A stretch of 63,266 nt of DNA from an uncultured Candidatus Saccharibacteria bacterium (GCA_964565825.1 CAZMGK010000005.1:1-63266), one strand, 5' to 3'. Shown: positions 43,945 to 54,273, counted from the stretch's first letter. The notes: generated by a model not told the origin, from the sequence alone. Made by a program: numbers and translations.

Positions 43945-44631
43945 TTAATAAACGATCGATTCTTTAACACTACAGTGTTCCGCAACCCAGGCTGTATCGA
44001 ATTCAGAGAGCTCGTGGCGAGTCTCTTCGTAAATATAATATGATTTATTAACAGGTTCGCATGGTGTGGTGACGCAGACAATCGGCATCTTGTCAGTAAT
44101 TTTTTCAGTCGGACAAGCTTGGATGGAACCATCAAAGTAAGCTCTGCAGTACGGTGGATTCACAGTACTCATACAGGCCATCATCGTGCAGGCCATCATT
44201 CCTTTAGGTGATGTACGACTACAGCTATTACATCCATCGTACCAGTTTTGACAGTTCGCTGGTGGTGTATTTGGATCAGGAGGTACAGTGCTAGTACAAA
44301 ATTGTGAACGGAGAACACCTCTAGTCATTGGACCCACAAAACCAGTTGTCGAGATGTCTTGATTGAGCTGGTATGCGCGTGCGGATTTCAATGTGATCCA
44401 CCCAAAATACCCAGTTGGAGCAACATGAAAGTACCCAGCAGTCTTTAGTGCTTCTTGTAATTCTAAAACTTTTGCCCCTTTTCCATTATGATACCCGTCT
44501 CCAAAACGGAGGTTTTGAGTAAATTTAAAACAACCAACCCGAGCATCATTTGCTGTATTCTCTGCATTGGCTGTTAAGAGTGTGGTCATACAAAATATGA
44601 CCATTATAAATAAACTGAATGTCTTTTTCAT
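43945..44631 (-). CDS. Secreted peptidoglycan-binding-domain protein with a Cys-rich C-terminal region
   Basis: Signal peptide, a PG_binding_1-like segment GAKVLELQEALKTAGYF...GYFGWITLKSARAYQ, and a C-terminal half with 14 Cys. Confidence 0.7.
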   Translation of the reverse strand: MKKTFSLFIMVIFCMTTLLTANAENTANDARVGCFKFTQNLRFGDGYHNGKGAKVLELQEALKTAGYFHVAPTGYFGWITLKSARAYQLNQDISTTGFVGPMTRGVLRSQFCTSTVPPDPNTPPANCQNWYDGCNSCSRTSPKGMMACTMMACMSTVNPPYCRAYFDGSIQACPTEKITDKMPIVCVTTPCEPVNKSYYIYEETRHELSEFDTAWVAEHCSVKESIVY

Positions 44632-44755
44632 CCCGTTAGAAGTAGGAAGTCCGAAGACTTCCGTCCTTAATTAGCTAATAATAAAATAATCCGATCACGG
44701 TGTAATTTGTACCCGTTACTTAGTAATAAAACGTCTGACTTCTAACGGGATTCAT
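44627..44755 (-). repeat. Start-codon-abutting inverted-repeat element, copy 4 (core 44632..44749)
   Basis: cccgttagaagt...acttctaacggg termini, ttcat flanks and a hairpin ggaagtc-cgaa-gacttcc at 44645..44662. It abuts the ATG of 43945..44631. Confidence 0.85.
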
Positions 44756-44789
44756 ACTTATAGTGACGTTACAGGCTTGAAAATATTAC

Positions 44790-44942
44790 CTACCCAATAA
44801 ACCAATAATTGATAATCCCAAAACTAATCACACTGAGGAACATCCATTTTTTATAAAAATCTTGATCATCAGTATCAATCAAAAATTCATTTTTACAATT
44901 TTGGCAGGCTTGCACTGAGCTTGTTGAATGTGTTTTGTTCAT
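44790..44942 (-). CDS. Possible 50-aa zinc-ribbon-like/TM protein (below the track cutoff)
   Basis: MNKTHSTSSVQACQNCKNEFLIDTDDQDFYKKWMFLSVISFGIINYWFIG, with TAGAAT exactly 6 nt upstream of the ATG. Confidence 0.35.
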   Translation of the reverse strand: MNKTHSTSSVQACQNCKNEFLIDTDDQDFYKKWMFLSVISFGIINYWFIG

Positions 44943-44975
44943 GTGTCTATTCTAGGAGTTATTAAAACAATTTTT

Positions 44976-45410
44976 CTAAATAAATTTAACTCCTTCAAAA
45001 TTAACGCTATTTGTAATAAATTCATTATACACGAAAGTTGGCTTCACGAGAATATCTGAAGTTTTATCAATCCACTGTATATCAAAAATCTCAAAAGCAT
45101 GGCTCGTATTTGTAATATCTATAGTCGGTGATACTTCATCATTAACAAGGAAGATAAATTCTATGTTAGTAACAGTATCTTCGGGGTTTACCCAACGATA
45201 TACATATTTTAATTCAGCATTTTTTATTTCAATACCTAATTCTTCTTTAATTTCTCTTTTTAAGCACTCAAGAGGGTTTTCTCCTGGTTCTAGGTGCCCT
45301 CCAGGTAATGCATAGTGACGTGCTTGTTCGCTGTGTTTTACTACAAGTAATTTTCCATTGAGTAGCAATAAACCTCGGCAACGTATGTTAAATTGTTCAT
45401 GTGTACTCAT
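44976..45410 (-). CDS. NUDIX hydrolase
   Basis: Nudix box GGHLEPGENPLECLKREIKEELG. Confidence 0.88.
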   Translation of the reverse strand: MSTHEQFNIRCRGLLLLNGKLLVVKHSEQARHYALPGGHLEPGENPLECLKREIKEELGIEIKNAELKYVYRWVNPEDTVTNIEFIFLVNDEVSPTIDITNTSHAFEIFDIQWIDKTSDILVKPTFVYNEFITNSVNFEGVKFI

Positions 45411-45412
45411 TT

Positions 45413-46396
45413 TTATTCATCATCACTATCACCAACCACGCCGGACTCGAGGGCGTCGATGATTTTTTGAATAGACCCTTGCATGATACCCGGTATATTT
45501 GACCAAGATGTTTTAATACGATGATCGGTCACACGGTCTTGAGGAAAGTTATAGGTGCGGATTTTCTCACTTCTATCTGCTGTACCGATTTGATTTTTTC
45601 TATCGGCTGAATATTTTTTCGCTTCCTCCTCTTCTTCTTTTTGTTGAAGTTTTGCGGTCAGTATCATCATTGCTTTTTCGCGGTTTGCGAGCTGACTTCG
45701 CTCTGAAGTAGAACGAACATCGATACCTGTTGGGCGGTGAATAAGACGTACCGCTGTTTCAACTTTGTTGACGTTTTGCCCACCAGCGCCTCCAGAGCGT
45801 GAGTATTCCATGTCGAGGTCAGTTGGATTGATAACAAAGTTCACTTTTTTACGAATAGGAAGTACTGCTACAGATGCAGTAGATGTGTGAATACGTCCAT
45901 TTTTTTCTGTCCCTGGAATGCGCTGGACACGATGAACGCCTGTTTCGTAGCGGAGTTTTTTGTACACATCACGTCCTTTTACTTCGACAGATGCTTCTTT
46001 GTATCCACCGACATTGTTCATTGATTCGTCGAGTACTTTCCAAGACCAGTGCATTTCTTCTGAATACCGTTCATACATATGGGCAAGTTCCCATGCAAAA
46101 AGTGATGCTTCGTCTCCTCCAGCACCTGCACGAAATTCCATAATGATTTCGTTTGGAAACTCTTCTTCCTCTTTTTCTGATTCAAGAATTTGCTCTATCT
46201 GTGTCTCTACTCCTTCACGCTGAATACGAAGATCTTCGATCTCTATCTTACCCATCTCATTGAGGCTTTCATCAGCGAGCATCATCTCACGAATTTCACC
46301 TTCTTTCTGCTCAAGACCCTCATATATTTCAATGAGGTGCATGGTTTTGTGGTTTTTCTTTAATTCTTCGCGTTGTGATAGTTCAATTGAGGACAT
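45413..46396 (-). CDS. prfA: Peptide chain release factor 1
   Basis: [23 protein letters not shown] (GGQ) and an RF1-type P-x-T region (RIPGTE). Start at MSSIELS, with TGCTACCAT 6 nt upstream. Confidence 0.9.
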   Translation of the reverse strand: MSSIELSQREELKKNHKTMHLIEIYEGLEQKEGEIREMMLADESLNEMGKIEIEDLRIQREGVETQIEQILESEKEEEEFPNEIIMEFRAGAGGDEASLFAWELAHMYERYSEEMHWSWKVLDESMNNVGGYKEASVEVKGRDVYKKLRYETGVHRVQRIPGTEKNGRIHTSTASVAVLPIRKKVNFVINPTDLDMEYSRSGGAGGQNVNKVETAVRLIHRPTGIDVRSTSERSQLANREKAMMILTAKLQQKEEEEEAKKYSADRKNQIGTADRSEKIRTYNFPQDRVTDHRIKTSWSNIPGIMQGSIQKIIDALESGVVGDSDDE

Positions 46397-46464
46397 ACTT
46401 ATATGGTAGCACACTTTCATAAGAAAAAACCTCGCGGAATCGAGGAATTTCCTTATAAAAGCAT

Positions 46465-46719
46465 TTATTTATCAGCTTTTGCTTGACGCTTCTTGAATTT
46501 ATCAACACGTCCTGCTGTATCGAGTACTGTTTCTTTTCCAGTATAAAAAGGGTGAGATGCACTAGAAATTTCTACACGAAAACTAGGGTATTCTTTACCA
46601 TCCTTTGCAGTACCTTTTTCTTTAGTATCTACAGTTGATTCTATGAGCCATTCTGCATCAGATGATGCGTCTTTGAATAATACTGTTCTATAATTTTTTG
46701 GGTGAATGTCTTTTTTCAT
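46465..46719 (-). CDS. rpmE: 50S ribosomal protein L31 (type B, no CxxC)
   Basis: [17 protein letters not shown]...HPFYTGK...GRVDKFKKR. Confidence 0.9.
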   Translation of the reverse strand: MKKDIHPKNYRTVLFKDASSDAEWLIESTVDTKEKGTAKDGKEYPSFRVEISSASHPFYTGKETVLDTAGRVDKFKKRQAKADK

Positions 46720-46757
46720 AGGATTAATATAGCATATTTCTAGATTTTTACAAATAT

Positions 46758-48131
46758 CTATCTATTAGAAACACCATATTTCTTGATGTAGTCAATATCT
46801 TCTTGAATTTTCGCAACTCGACGCATCACCTGTTGTCCATAGGAACACGTCGCACCAACAGTTCCATAGTAACTACAGGATGCTTTTAATTGAGAAGAGT
46901 ATGTTGGCCCAGCACCACGATCACGCAAATAAATAGAAGAAGCCATGATGGCATCAGCTGCATTCCATGGATTTGCAGAACTTTTACCAAGGTAACTAGC
47001 CACTCGCCCTTCTACACCTTTCCATGTTGTGGCGATAAACTGTGCCGGCCCCATCGCTCCTCCATACCCAGCGACTCCAGCAATAGGACAAGAAATTGCG
47101 GTCTTATCCCACTGAAGTCCTAATTTTGAAGTAATATCTATGAAGTCTGCAACATCACCTTTTCGGCCTGGTAATCCCATTGGCTTCATGACATTTGAAA
47201 ATGCTCTTCCTGTATTTTTTCCAACACCTGCGCCAGTTTGCTGATTGGTCAAATAACATTGTCCCACATTTGCACCAAGCGCGGATTCTTGGGTCAAGAT
47301 AGCAAGCACAAGCGCCGCGGGGACTCCTGTTTTTGTTTCTGCGAGTTCTGCATGCACGACCGCTGTACCGAATGGAATCGCAGCCGTACTTCCTCCAGCG
47401 AAATTAAATAATCGAGCTTTTATCTGTGAAGCTTTTGCTTGGTTTTCAGCCAGAATTTTTTCAAACTCTTTTTCTTTATTTTTACTCAGTGACAATAACT
47501 TTTTTTGATAGGCTTCATCCCCTTCTACCTTTTTTTTATTTTTTTCTAACTCAACTTTTGCATCAAGTTCTTCGTCGTGTTTTTCTTCTAGCTCACCCTT
47601 TTGAACAATCGTTTCTTCTTTTATATCTCTTACGGTCAACACAGTACTACGGAGAGCTTTTTTAATTGAACTCAAAGAATCAACGTCTGAATAAAAATCA
47701 GACAAATCTTTACCTGAGAGCATCAAATGAATCATATTTGCATCATCAAGCTCATAAGTTTTGCGGATTAATTGTGCCAGTGAATCCTTTTGATCCCCTA
47801 GTCTATTTTCAAGAGTATTAATTTCTTGAGCTTTGTTAGTAATCTGACTCGATAATTTTGTAATCTGTAAGTTTTTTGCTTTGATATTAAGCTTCGTTTT
47901 ATCAATTTGTTTTTGCAGTGTTCCAATCTCGTTTGAAAGTGTCTTTGATTGGCCTTTCTGACTACTCAATTGTTTTTCTTTTTGTGCAATTTCAGCTTCG
48001 AGCTTTTTTAGTTCTGCTTCGAGCTGTGCGCGTTCTTCTGGTGTTACTTGAGCAAAAGAAGTATGCAGTGTACCCAAAAAGAGGCTCACCATACAAAATG
48101 ATATAATAAGAATTTTATGTTTCGTTACCAT
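46758..48131 (-). CDS. Coiled-coil protein with a C-terminal MltB/SLT_2-like lytic transglycosylase domain
   Basis: N-terminal signal/TM and a ~200-aa heptad-rich region. The C-terminus has LTQESALG and [19 protein letters not shown] lies 6 nt before the ATG at 48131. Confidence 0.7.
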   Translation of the reverse strand: MVTKHKILIISFCMVSLFLGTLHTSFAQVTPEERAQLEAELKKLEAEIAQKEKQLSSQKGQSKTLSNEIGTLQKQIDKTKLNIKAKNLQITKLSSQITNKAQEINTLENRLGDQKDSLAQLIRKTYELDDANMIHLMLSGKDLSDFYSDVDSLSSIKKALRSTVLTVRDIKEETIVQKGELEEKHDEELDAKVELEKNKKKVEGDEAYQKKLLSLSKNKEKEFEKILAENQAKASQIKARLFNFAGGSTAAIPFGTAVVHAELAETKTGVPAALVLAILTQESALGANVGQCYLTNQQTGAGVGKNTGRAFSNVMKPMGLPGRKGDVADFIDITSKLGLQWDKTAISCPIAGVAGYGGAMGPAQFIATTWKGVEGRVASYLGKSSANPWNAADAIMASSIYLRDRGAGPTYSSQLKASCSYYGTVGATCSYGQQVMRRVAKIQEDIDYIKKYGVSNR

Positions 48132-48170
48132 ACACAAAGTATAGCGCATAAAAAGAGAAGCTCAAAACAA

Positions 48171-48194
48171 AAAAATACCCATACGGGTATTTTT
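48171..48194. terminator. Hairpin terminator after rplY
   Basis: aaaaataccc-atac-gggtattttt. Confidence 0.7.
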
Positions 48195-48209
48195 TTGTTT
48201 TAAAAACTT

Positions 48210-48830
48210 TTATTCTGCAACTTCTTTCTTACCTTTTTTTGCAACTTCAATTGAACTGAGGTCAATTGGACTTGCGTCAGTCTCTTCTTTTATTGTCGCG
48301 ATAGAAGCAACAATCTCATCCTTCTTACTAAGTAATTCTACTCCAACAGGTAGTGGGAGCTGACTAGCAACAATCTGACTATCAATTGTATCAAGTGATG
48401 AAATATCCACTTCTATTTCATGCGGAATATCTTTTGGTAATGCTTTTATTTCAACTTCATGCATCACTTTCACAAGATTTCCGAGACCACCTTTCACTGC
48501 AGGCGATACCCCAGTAAAATTAAGATGGACATGAATATGTGACTTTACATTCGCATCAACTGCCAAGAAGTCAACATGATGAGTGAAACTTTTTACAGGA
48601 TCGACTTGGACTTCATGAATGAGTACTTGGATATTTTTACCGTCAAGAGTGAGGTTAATAGGTGATGACTCTCCTGCTTCTTTGAAAACTTTATCGAATG
48701 CTTTCTTTTCAAAAGAAACAGTTGTATTTTCTATGTGAGCGCCATAGACTACACCCGGAACCATGCCGTTATTTCGCATGTGAGCCACGTTATCAGTCTT
48801 ACTTCGCTTTGTTACTTCTAGTGTTACCAT
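48210..48830 (-). CDS. rplY: 50S ribosomal protein L25/general stress protein Ctc
   Basis: VTLEVTKRSKTDNVAHMRNNGMVPGVVYG... plus the Ctc-type C-terminal domain. Confidence 0.88.
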   Translation of the reverse strand: MVTLEVTKRSKTDNVAHMRNNGMVPGVVYGAHIENTTVSFEKKAFDKVFKEAGESSPINLTLDGKNIQVLIHEVQVDPVKSFTHHVDFLAVDANVKSHIHVHLNFTGVSPAVKGGLGNLVKVMHEVEIKALPKDIPHEIEVDISSLDTIDSQIVASQLPLPVGVELLSKKDEIVASIATIKEETDASPIDLSSIEVAKKGKKEVAE

Positions 48831-48888
48831 GCATATATATATACCACAAATAGCCAAAAAAACAAATTGAGTTTCGGTAGGCTTCGTA

Positions 48889-50163
48889 TTATCGTTCTTG
48901 CCACTCTTTATCTTGTCTGACTAAATAGACAACGTCATTTTCATCCGCGAGGCATACTTTGAGTGCACGCTCCAGTCTAATTGATTGTGATGCTTTAAAT
49001 AAAATGACATCTCCAGGGAGCGCAAGATCTTGAATACAGGTACTTACTTTATCGACAGTATCAAACCAGCGTGCGTTTTTAACACCTTGCTTAATAGCTT
49101 CATCATGAATAAATTTAGAACGTGTACCAACAGTAATTAAAATATCAGCGATGCGTGGTACATAAGCACCAATTTTTCGATGTTCTTCTTCTGAAAATGA
49201 ACCGAGCTCCATCATGTCTCCGAGAACCACAATACATCTTTTCATTTCTGGTAATGACTTTACCGTAGCAAGTGCATGCATCACGGCAACAGGAGAAGAA
49301 TTGTACGTATCATCAATAAGCACAGACCCGTTGAGTCCTCGTAATGGGAAAAACCGACCGTGTGTTGGTGAAATTCGATTGAGTCCTTCGCACGCTTGAG
49401 TAAACGTGTATCCTTCTTCGAGCGCAATAAGTATACCTGGCAAAGCCGACAAGATGTGAGTTTTTGATACTACACCAGGAATACTCAGTTGGTACGCATG
49501 ATTTTTATACACAATAGTTCCAGTACCTACAAACAACCCATCTTTTTTAACCACGAGAAATGAAGTGAGTGCTATATCAGCTTGTTTATTTTCTCCATAG
49601 CTTCGTATTTTTTGAGTAAACTCATCTTTCATACCATACACAAGAGGGTCGTCATGATTAAGGATAAGAACACCATTGCTACGGGTGTATTTCGCGAGAC
49701 TCTTTTTTTCTTGGATGACTTGCTCTTTACTATCATAGAATTCTATGTGCACAGGCACCTCTGGAAAACGAGTGAAGACGCTGTATTTTGGCTTAATCCA
49801 AGACGCAATAGATGATATATCTTTTGGTTTATCGGCGCCAACCTCCAAGATGAGATATGACGGATACATTTTACGAAACAGAATCAGAAATCCTTGGATG
49901 CAAATCCCTACCCAACGAATATAATTATTCCAACCATTTGGCAATTGCAGAATTGATAACGGAACACCAATATCACCGTTAAAACTTTTTTTACTCCGAG
50001 CAGTGTACACGAGTGGAGAGAGTACACTAAAAATTGCATCTTTGGTTGAAGTCTTTCCAACACTTCCCGTAATGGCAATAACTGTTGGTTTGAATCTCCG
50101 GAGCACCATCTTTGCTTCGAGAGTTAACGTAGTGATAATACATTTTTTTAAAATATCTTTCAT
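48889..50163 (-). CDS. murF: UDP-N-acetylmuramoyl-tripeptide--D-alanyl-D-alanine ligase
   Basis: AITGSVGKTSTKDAI and VLGDMMELGSFSEEEHRKIG. It lies downstream of ftsI. Confidence 0.85.
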   Translation of the reverse strand: MKDILKKCIITTLTLEAKMVLRRFKPTVIAITGSVGKTSTKDAIFSVLSPLVYTARSKKSFNGDIGVPLSILQLPNGWNNYIRWVGICIQGFLILFRKMYPSYLILEVGADKPKDISSIASWIKPKYSVFTRFPEVPVHIEFYDSKEQVIQEKKSLAKYTRSNGVLILNHDDPLVYGMKDEFTQKIRSYGENKQADIALTSFLVVKKDGLFVGTGTIVYKNHAYQLSIPGVVSKTHILSALPGILIALEEGYTFTQACEGLNRISPTHGRFFPLRGLNGSVLIDDTYNSSPVAVMHALATVKSLPEMKRCIVVLGDMMELGSFSEEEHRKIGAYVPRIADILITVGTRSKFIHDEAIKQGVKNARWFDTVDKVSTCIQDLALPGDVILFKASQSIRLERALKVCLADENDVVYLVRQDKEWQER

Positions 50164-50171
50164 GAAAAAAT

Positions 50172-51896
50172 TTATTGTTTAAGATTTCTATCTCCTGGTA
50201 CATTATAATACGTCATAAGAAACTGCCCAATTTCCATAGACACAGGGGCTAAGGTTTTGGCGGAAAAATCATCTGCTTCTGGTTTCATATTATATATGAA
50301 AAGAACGAAACGTGCATCATATGCTGGGAAATAGCTGACCATAGTATGCAAATATTCATTTTCTAAATAGCCACCTTTTTGCTCATCTGCAATTTGTGCA
50401 GTACCTGTTTTTGCAGCAGCCGTGTGATTTTTAAGCTTCACTGTTCCATTTAAGAGTGCAGTATCAACTACATGTGTCAGCACGCGAGACATAGTGTTTG
50501 TTGTTTCTTTGGTAAGTACTTGTGGCCCTCGCTCGTATTGTATCTCTTTTTCTGTTCCATCTGCATACTGAATTTTCTTTACAATATGCGGTGTAACTAA
50601 ATATCCACCATTTGCCACAACCGCAAAAGCTCGAATAGCGGATATCGGCGAAAGAGCAATACCTTGGCCAAAAGAGGCAGTTGCGTATTCTACGACCCGT
50701 GGACTTTCTAAATTAGAAATTAAATTTGAAACTTCATTAGGCAAATCAACATGTGTTTTTTCTTTCAGCCCAAAACCATAAAAATAATTACGAAATTTTT
50801 CTTTTCCCAATTTTTGCATCACAAACATTGCTCCTGTATTTAAAGATTTATTGAGTACTTCTTGGATAGAAACAACACCGTACTTTTTACGGCCGGCATT
50901 GTAGATTGATTCAGTATCAATTTTTACAATACCCGTATCGTTGTATGTAGTTTCTGGAGTAATGACGTTTGCGTCCAAACCCGCAGCAACCGTTAAAATC
51001 TTCATAACGGAACCTATTTCAAACACACTTTCTATGATTGGATTTGTAAATACATGGGGACTTTTTTCTAAGCCAAAACTATTTGGATCAAAATCTGGCA
51101 TGTTTGCCAGTGCAATAATTTCTCCTGTTTGAGGATCCATAATAACAGCTCCGACACTTTCACTATTCCACGTATCACGCAAAACATGTAATTCACTTTC
51201 AAGATAGCTCTGTACTGTTGGTTCAATAGTCGTTACCACATCTCCTATTTGCGTATTCGTATGTTTCTCGGCCGTGTCTATATTAGAAAAAACTTCAGCA
51301 AAAAAATTAATAAATTTTGAGTGTGTATCCGGAGATAAGACTGAATTATAGTGTCGCTCTAAACCATACTGACCTTTCAGAGTATTGTCATTACTAAAAC
51401 CAACAAAACCGAGAACCTGCGACGCGAGATTTTTCCCAGGGTAACTTCGCCAGCTTTCAGGAGATACCGTCACGCCTTGGAATTTCATATTTTTAATTTC
51501 TGTAGCTATTTTTTCATCTAATTTATTTGCGACTTCTTCGTGCGTGTCAGTTATTTTTGTTACCTTTACCATAAATTCTTCGAGAGAAAGTTTTGTATAG
51601 TCTTGAACGAGAGGATACAATTTTTCACCATCACGGAAAATACTCGGATTAACAACAACCTTGTATCCTGTTTTTACCGTTGCCCCTGAAATAAGGGTAC
51701 CGTCTTTTTGAGTAAAATAAATAGTACCTCTCTCAAATACGAAACCACTAGAGTCAACATACTGCCCTAGTGCTTTTGAATTATATTTTTTTGCTGACAC
51801 AATCTGTAGTCGGAAAAGTTGTATGACAATTGCACATCCTATCAAGATAATGACAACTATCAGAACAAGAAATCGTGAATTTTTACTAAAGTCCAT
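50172..51896 (-). CDS. ftsI: Penicillin-binding protein (class B transpeptidase, FtsI/PBP2-like)
   Basis: N-terminal TM helix and the SxxK (GSVMK), SxN (KSLNTG) and KTGTA motifs. Confidence 0.88.
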   Translation of the reverse strand: MDFSKNSRFLVLIVVIILIGCAIVIQLFRLQIVSAKKYNSKALGQYVDSSGFVFERGTIYFTQKDGTLISGATVKTGYKVVVNPSIFRDGEKLYPLVQDYTKLSLEEFMVKVTKITDTHEEVANKLDEKIATEIKNMKFQGVTVSPESWRSYPGKNLASQVLGFVGFSNDNTLKGQYGLERHYNSVLSPDTHSKFINFFAEVFSNIDTAEKHTNTQIGDVVTTIEPTVQSYLESELHVLRDTWNSESVGAVIMDPQTGEIIALANMPDFDPNSFGLEKSPHVFTNPIIESVFEIGSVMKILTVAAGLDANVITPETTYNDTGIVKIDTESIYNAGRKKYGVVSIQEVLNKSLNTGAMFVMQKLGKEKFRNYFYGFGLKEKTHVDLPNEVSNLISNLESPRVVEYATASFGQGIALSPISAIRAFAVVANGGYLVTPHIVKKIQYADGTEKEIQYERGPQVLTKETTNTMSRVLTHVVDTALLNGTVKLKNHTAAAKTGTAQIADEQKGGYLENEYLHTMVSYFPAYDARFVLFIYNMKPEADDFSAKTLAPVSMEIGQFLMTYYNVPGDRNLKQ

Positions 51897-52221
51897 TTTT
51901 TTTAGGTATCACTATATTAATAGCAACTCTTTCTTGTAGTTCATATGCCACATTTTCTGGTTTTATAAAACCATGCTCCTGAGCCACTTCATAGGTCAGT
52001 TTATTTGAATTATTTAAATACTCTGCTTCAATTATTCCAATATCAGAATGTAATTTAGTGATTTCTTTCTCAAGTCCGCGTCTTTCAACGACACCATAAA
52101 TAACAGAAGAAAGTGAGTACGCATACAAAAAAGCAGAAGCAATACCAACTGCTACCAGTATTTTAAAAATCTGTTTTTCAAATGAATAGGTAAAATTTTG
52201 TAAGGTGTGTGTATAGTTCAT
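51886..52221 (-). CDS. FtsL-like small bitopic membrane protein
   Basis: It sits between rsmH and ftsI and has a single TM helix (ILVAVGIASAFLYAY) plus a helical tail. The start was chosen after the rsmH stop. Confidence 0.5.
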   Translation of the reverse strand: MNYTHTLQNFTYSFEKQIFKILVAVGIASAFLYAYSLSSVIYGVVERRGLEKEITKLHSDIGIIEAEYLNNSNKLTYEVAQEHGFIKPENVAYELQERVAINIVIPKKNGL

Positions 52222-52231
52222 TATTGAAAAC

Positions 52232-53128
52232 TCATGCTCTTTGAAATACTCGTAATTTTGCACTTCGTGCTCGAGGGTTTGTTCTTAGTTCCTCGTCCCC
52301 TGCTATGAGAGGTTTTTTGGTGATGACCGTACCCAATTCTTCATCTTGGGCTTTTTTGAATTGGTTTTTTACAATTCGATCTTCTAAACTATGAAAAGAA
52401 ATAATAAGCAGACGTCCACCACTTTTTAAAAGTGATAGTGCATCTGGAATCACGTTCTCGAGTTCGGTGAGTTCGCTGTTGACCGCAATACGAAGGGCTT
52501 GAAATGTTCTGGTCGCTGGATGAATCTTGCCTTTATGATACGCAAACGGTGTCGCACTTTTGATCACCTCAACCAATTGAAATGTTGTATCGATTGATTT
52601 TAGTTTTCGCGCTTCAACTATTTTCTTTGCAATACGACGAGCATAACGCTCTTCGCCAAAGCCAAAGATAACATCGGCGAGTGTTTCTTCGCTCCATTCA
52701 TTAACAACATCCCATGCCGTCAGGTCGCCTTCTTGGTTCATGTTCATATGGAGTGGGTTATCACGTAAGAAACTAAATCCTCGTGTATCTGTATCGAGTT
52801 GCAAAGACGATAGACCAAGGTCAAGCAAAATACAATCTACAGAGTCGATAGTTCTTTCCAAAAGTTCTTTTTTCATATCTGCAAAACTTGCGTGTATGAT
52901 AATAGGTTTTGCACCTACGAGCGTAAGAGTCTCGTGTGCAATCTTTTGTGCGTCCAAGTCTTTGTCGAAACCAACAACTGTAAGATTTTTGTTAGCCTCA
53001 AGAAACAAAGCTGTCGCATGACCTCCCATACCAAGTGTTCCATCAACATAGATGCCACCTTTTGTGATATGTGATTCTCTTATTACTTCTTGTAAAAGAA
53101 CAGGAATGTGTACTTTTTTTGTTTCCAT
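52232..53128 (-). CDS. rsmH: 16S rRNA (cytosine1402-N4)-methyltransferase
   Basis: HIPVLLQEVI...DGTLGMGGH...DLGLSSLQLD...SFHSLEDRIVK. Confidence 0.93.
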   Translation of the reverse strand: METKKVHIPVLLQEVIRESHITKGGIYVDGTLGMGGHATALFLEANKNLTVVGFDKDLDAQKIAHETLTLVGAKPIIIHASFADMKKELLERTIDSVDCILLDLGLSSLQLDTDTRGFSFLRDNPLHMNMNQEGDLTAWDVVNEWSEETLADVIFGFGEERYARRIAKKIVEARKLKSIDTTFQLVEVIKSATPFAYHKGKIHPATRTFQALRIAVNSELTELENVIPDALSLLKSGGRLLIISFHSLEDRIVKNQFKKAQDEELGTVITKKPLIAGDEELRTNPRARSAKLRVFQRA

Positions 53129-53134
53129 ACCGTA

Positions 53135-53569
53135 CTAGAGCACTCCTACAGAGCCAAGTTTTTGAGCCAAGCCATCGGCTTCGAGTTCAACACCTTTCTT
53201 GTAGTCACTCCATTTTTTATCATTCCAGAGTTCGATTCGATTCTGTACTCCAACTACTGCTGCTTTTGTTTTGATACCTGCTCGATCTTTAAGAAAATCT
53301 GGGATAAGCACACGCCCTTGTGCGTCTACATCTACTTCTGTTGCACCTCCAAACATAAAACGATTGAAACGCAAGATGTCTGTTTGCACCATAGATGCTT
53401 CTGCTAAACGACTACTGATCTTTTCCCATTCTTTCGTAGTGAATATAAAAACTGATGCATCGAGACCTGGCGATAGAACAACAGTCTTCCCCATTTCTTT
53501 ACGGAATTTAATTGGAAGTGATATTCTGTTTTTTTCATCCACTGAGTGAATATATTCTCCGATTAACAT
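53135..53569 (-). CDS. mraZ: Transcriptional regulator MraZ
   Basis: MLIGEYIHSVDEKNRISLPIKFR and a second SpoVT/AbrB-like repeat (DAQGRVLIP). Confidence 0.92.
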   Translation of the reverse strand: MLIGEYIHSVDEKNRISLPIKFRKEMGKTVVLSPGLDASVFIFTTKEWEKISSRLAEASMVQTDILRFNRFMFGGATEVDVDAQGRVLIPDFLKDRAGIKTKAAVVGVQNRIELWNDKKWSDYKKGVELEADGLAQKLGSVGVL

Positions 53570-53655
53570 AAGTTTTTATATTTATTAGTCCACTACGATA
53601 CCGATTTTGCTTATTTTATTAAGCAGATACTTTACAAAAGAGGAGTAATTTAATT

Positions 53656-53730
53656 CTCCACTTCTTCCCACTTACATACATTTTACTCCACTCTTCCCCA
53701 CAATGCAAACCAAAAGACCCACTTTTCCAC
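53656..53730 (-). promoter_or_regulatory. Candidate MraZ operator: three GTGGR-N-GTGGR sites ~30 nt apart
   Basis: In the minus sense the sites are GTGGGAAGAAGTGGAG (53656..53671), GTGGGGAAGAGTGGAG (53686..53701) and GTGGAAAAGTGGG (53718..53730). They lie 85-160 nt upstream of mraZ. Confidence 0.5.
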
Positions 53731-53790
53731 AGTAAAAAGTGAAACGATACATTCAGGTGTAATGTCAAATAGCAGGCACGGTATAAAAAT

Positions 53791-53817
53791 CAGCCGAATC
53801 GCAAAGCGATTCGGCTG
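53791..53817 (+). terminator. Orphan 12-bp hairpin + T-run with no annotated upstream + gene
   Basis: cagccgaatcgc-aaa-gcgattcggctg followed by ttgacttttttt. Confidence 0.45.
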
Positions 53818-53874
53818 TTGACTTTTTTTATATAATATATATAATACGATTAAACAAATTAAAAAATAAAAAGC

Positions 53875-54273
53875 ATGCAACAAGTTAACATTTCAGTTAC
53901 CGCAAAACGTACTGATATCAGTAATCAATTCAAAGGTATCATTACTTTCAAAAACGAAAAAGGTGAAGAAGTAAAATACAACTACCTCTGCACAAATCCA
54001 CAAAACCCCGAAACGGATATTTTATACTCCTGGGAAACAGGACAATTTCATATAAAAGGTATACCTAACAAAGAACTTATTGAATCACTGGCAGACAAAG
54101 AGAAGTGTATCTTTGCATTTTCTATTGGTCTGGTTTCTGATGTGATAGAAAATACTTCAAATATGTTGTCTCACCGCACCACCGAAATGATGAGACAATT
54201 TGGTGGCGATATAGAAGGAAGTGCTAATAGAGATTTTAAAGTAAATGAAGATGGTTACAACTACCTTTTCTAA
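53875..54273 (+). CDS. Hypothetical protein (132 aa)
   Basis: Clean ORF followed by a terminator, with no recognisable family. Confidence 0.55.
   Translation: MQQVNISVTAKRTDISNQFKGIITFKNEKGEEVKYNYLCTNPQNPETDILYSWETGQFHIKGIPNKELIESLADKEKCIFAFSIGLVSDVIENTSNMLSHRTTEMMRQFGGDIEGSANRDFKVNEDGYNYLF

Noticed and set aside
3086-44755. Could the four element copies, or the ccggaat repeats, be a CRISPR array?
   Set aside because: The copies are kilobases apart, each attached to a gene start, and 116-118 nt long with inverted termini. There is no regular repeat-spacer periodicity anywhere in the window, and no cas genes. The PaaX-like protein only shares the Cas2-type fold.
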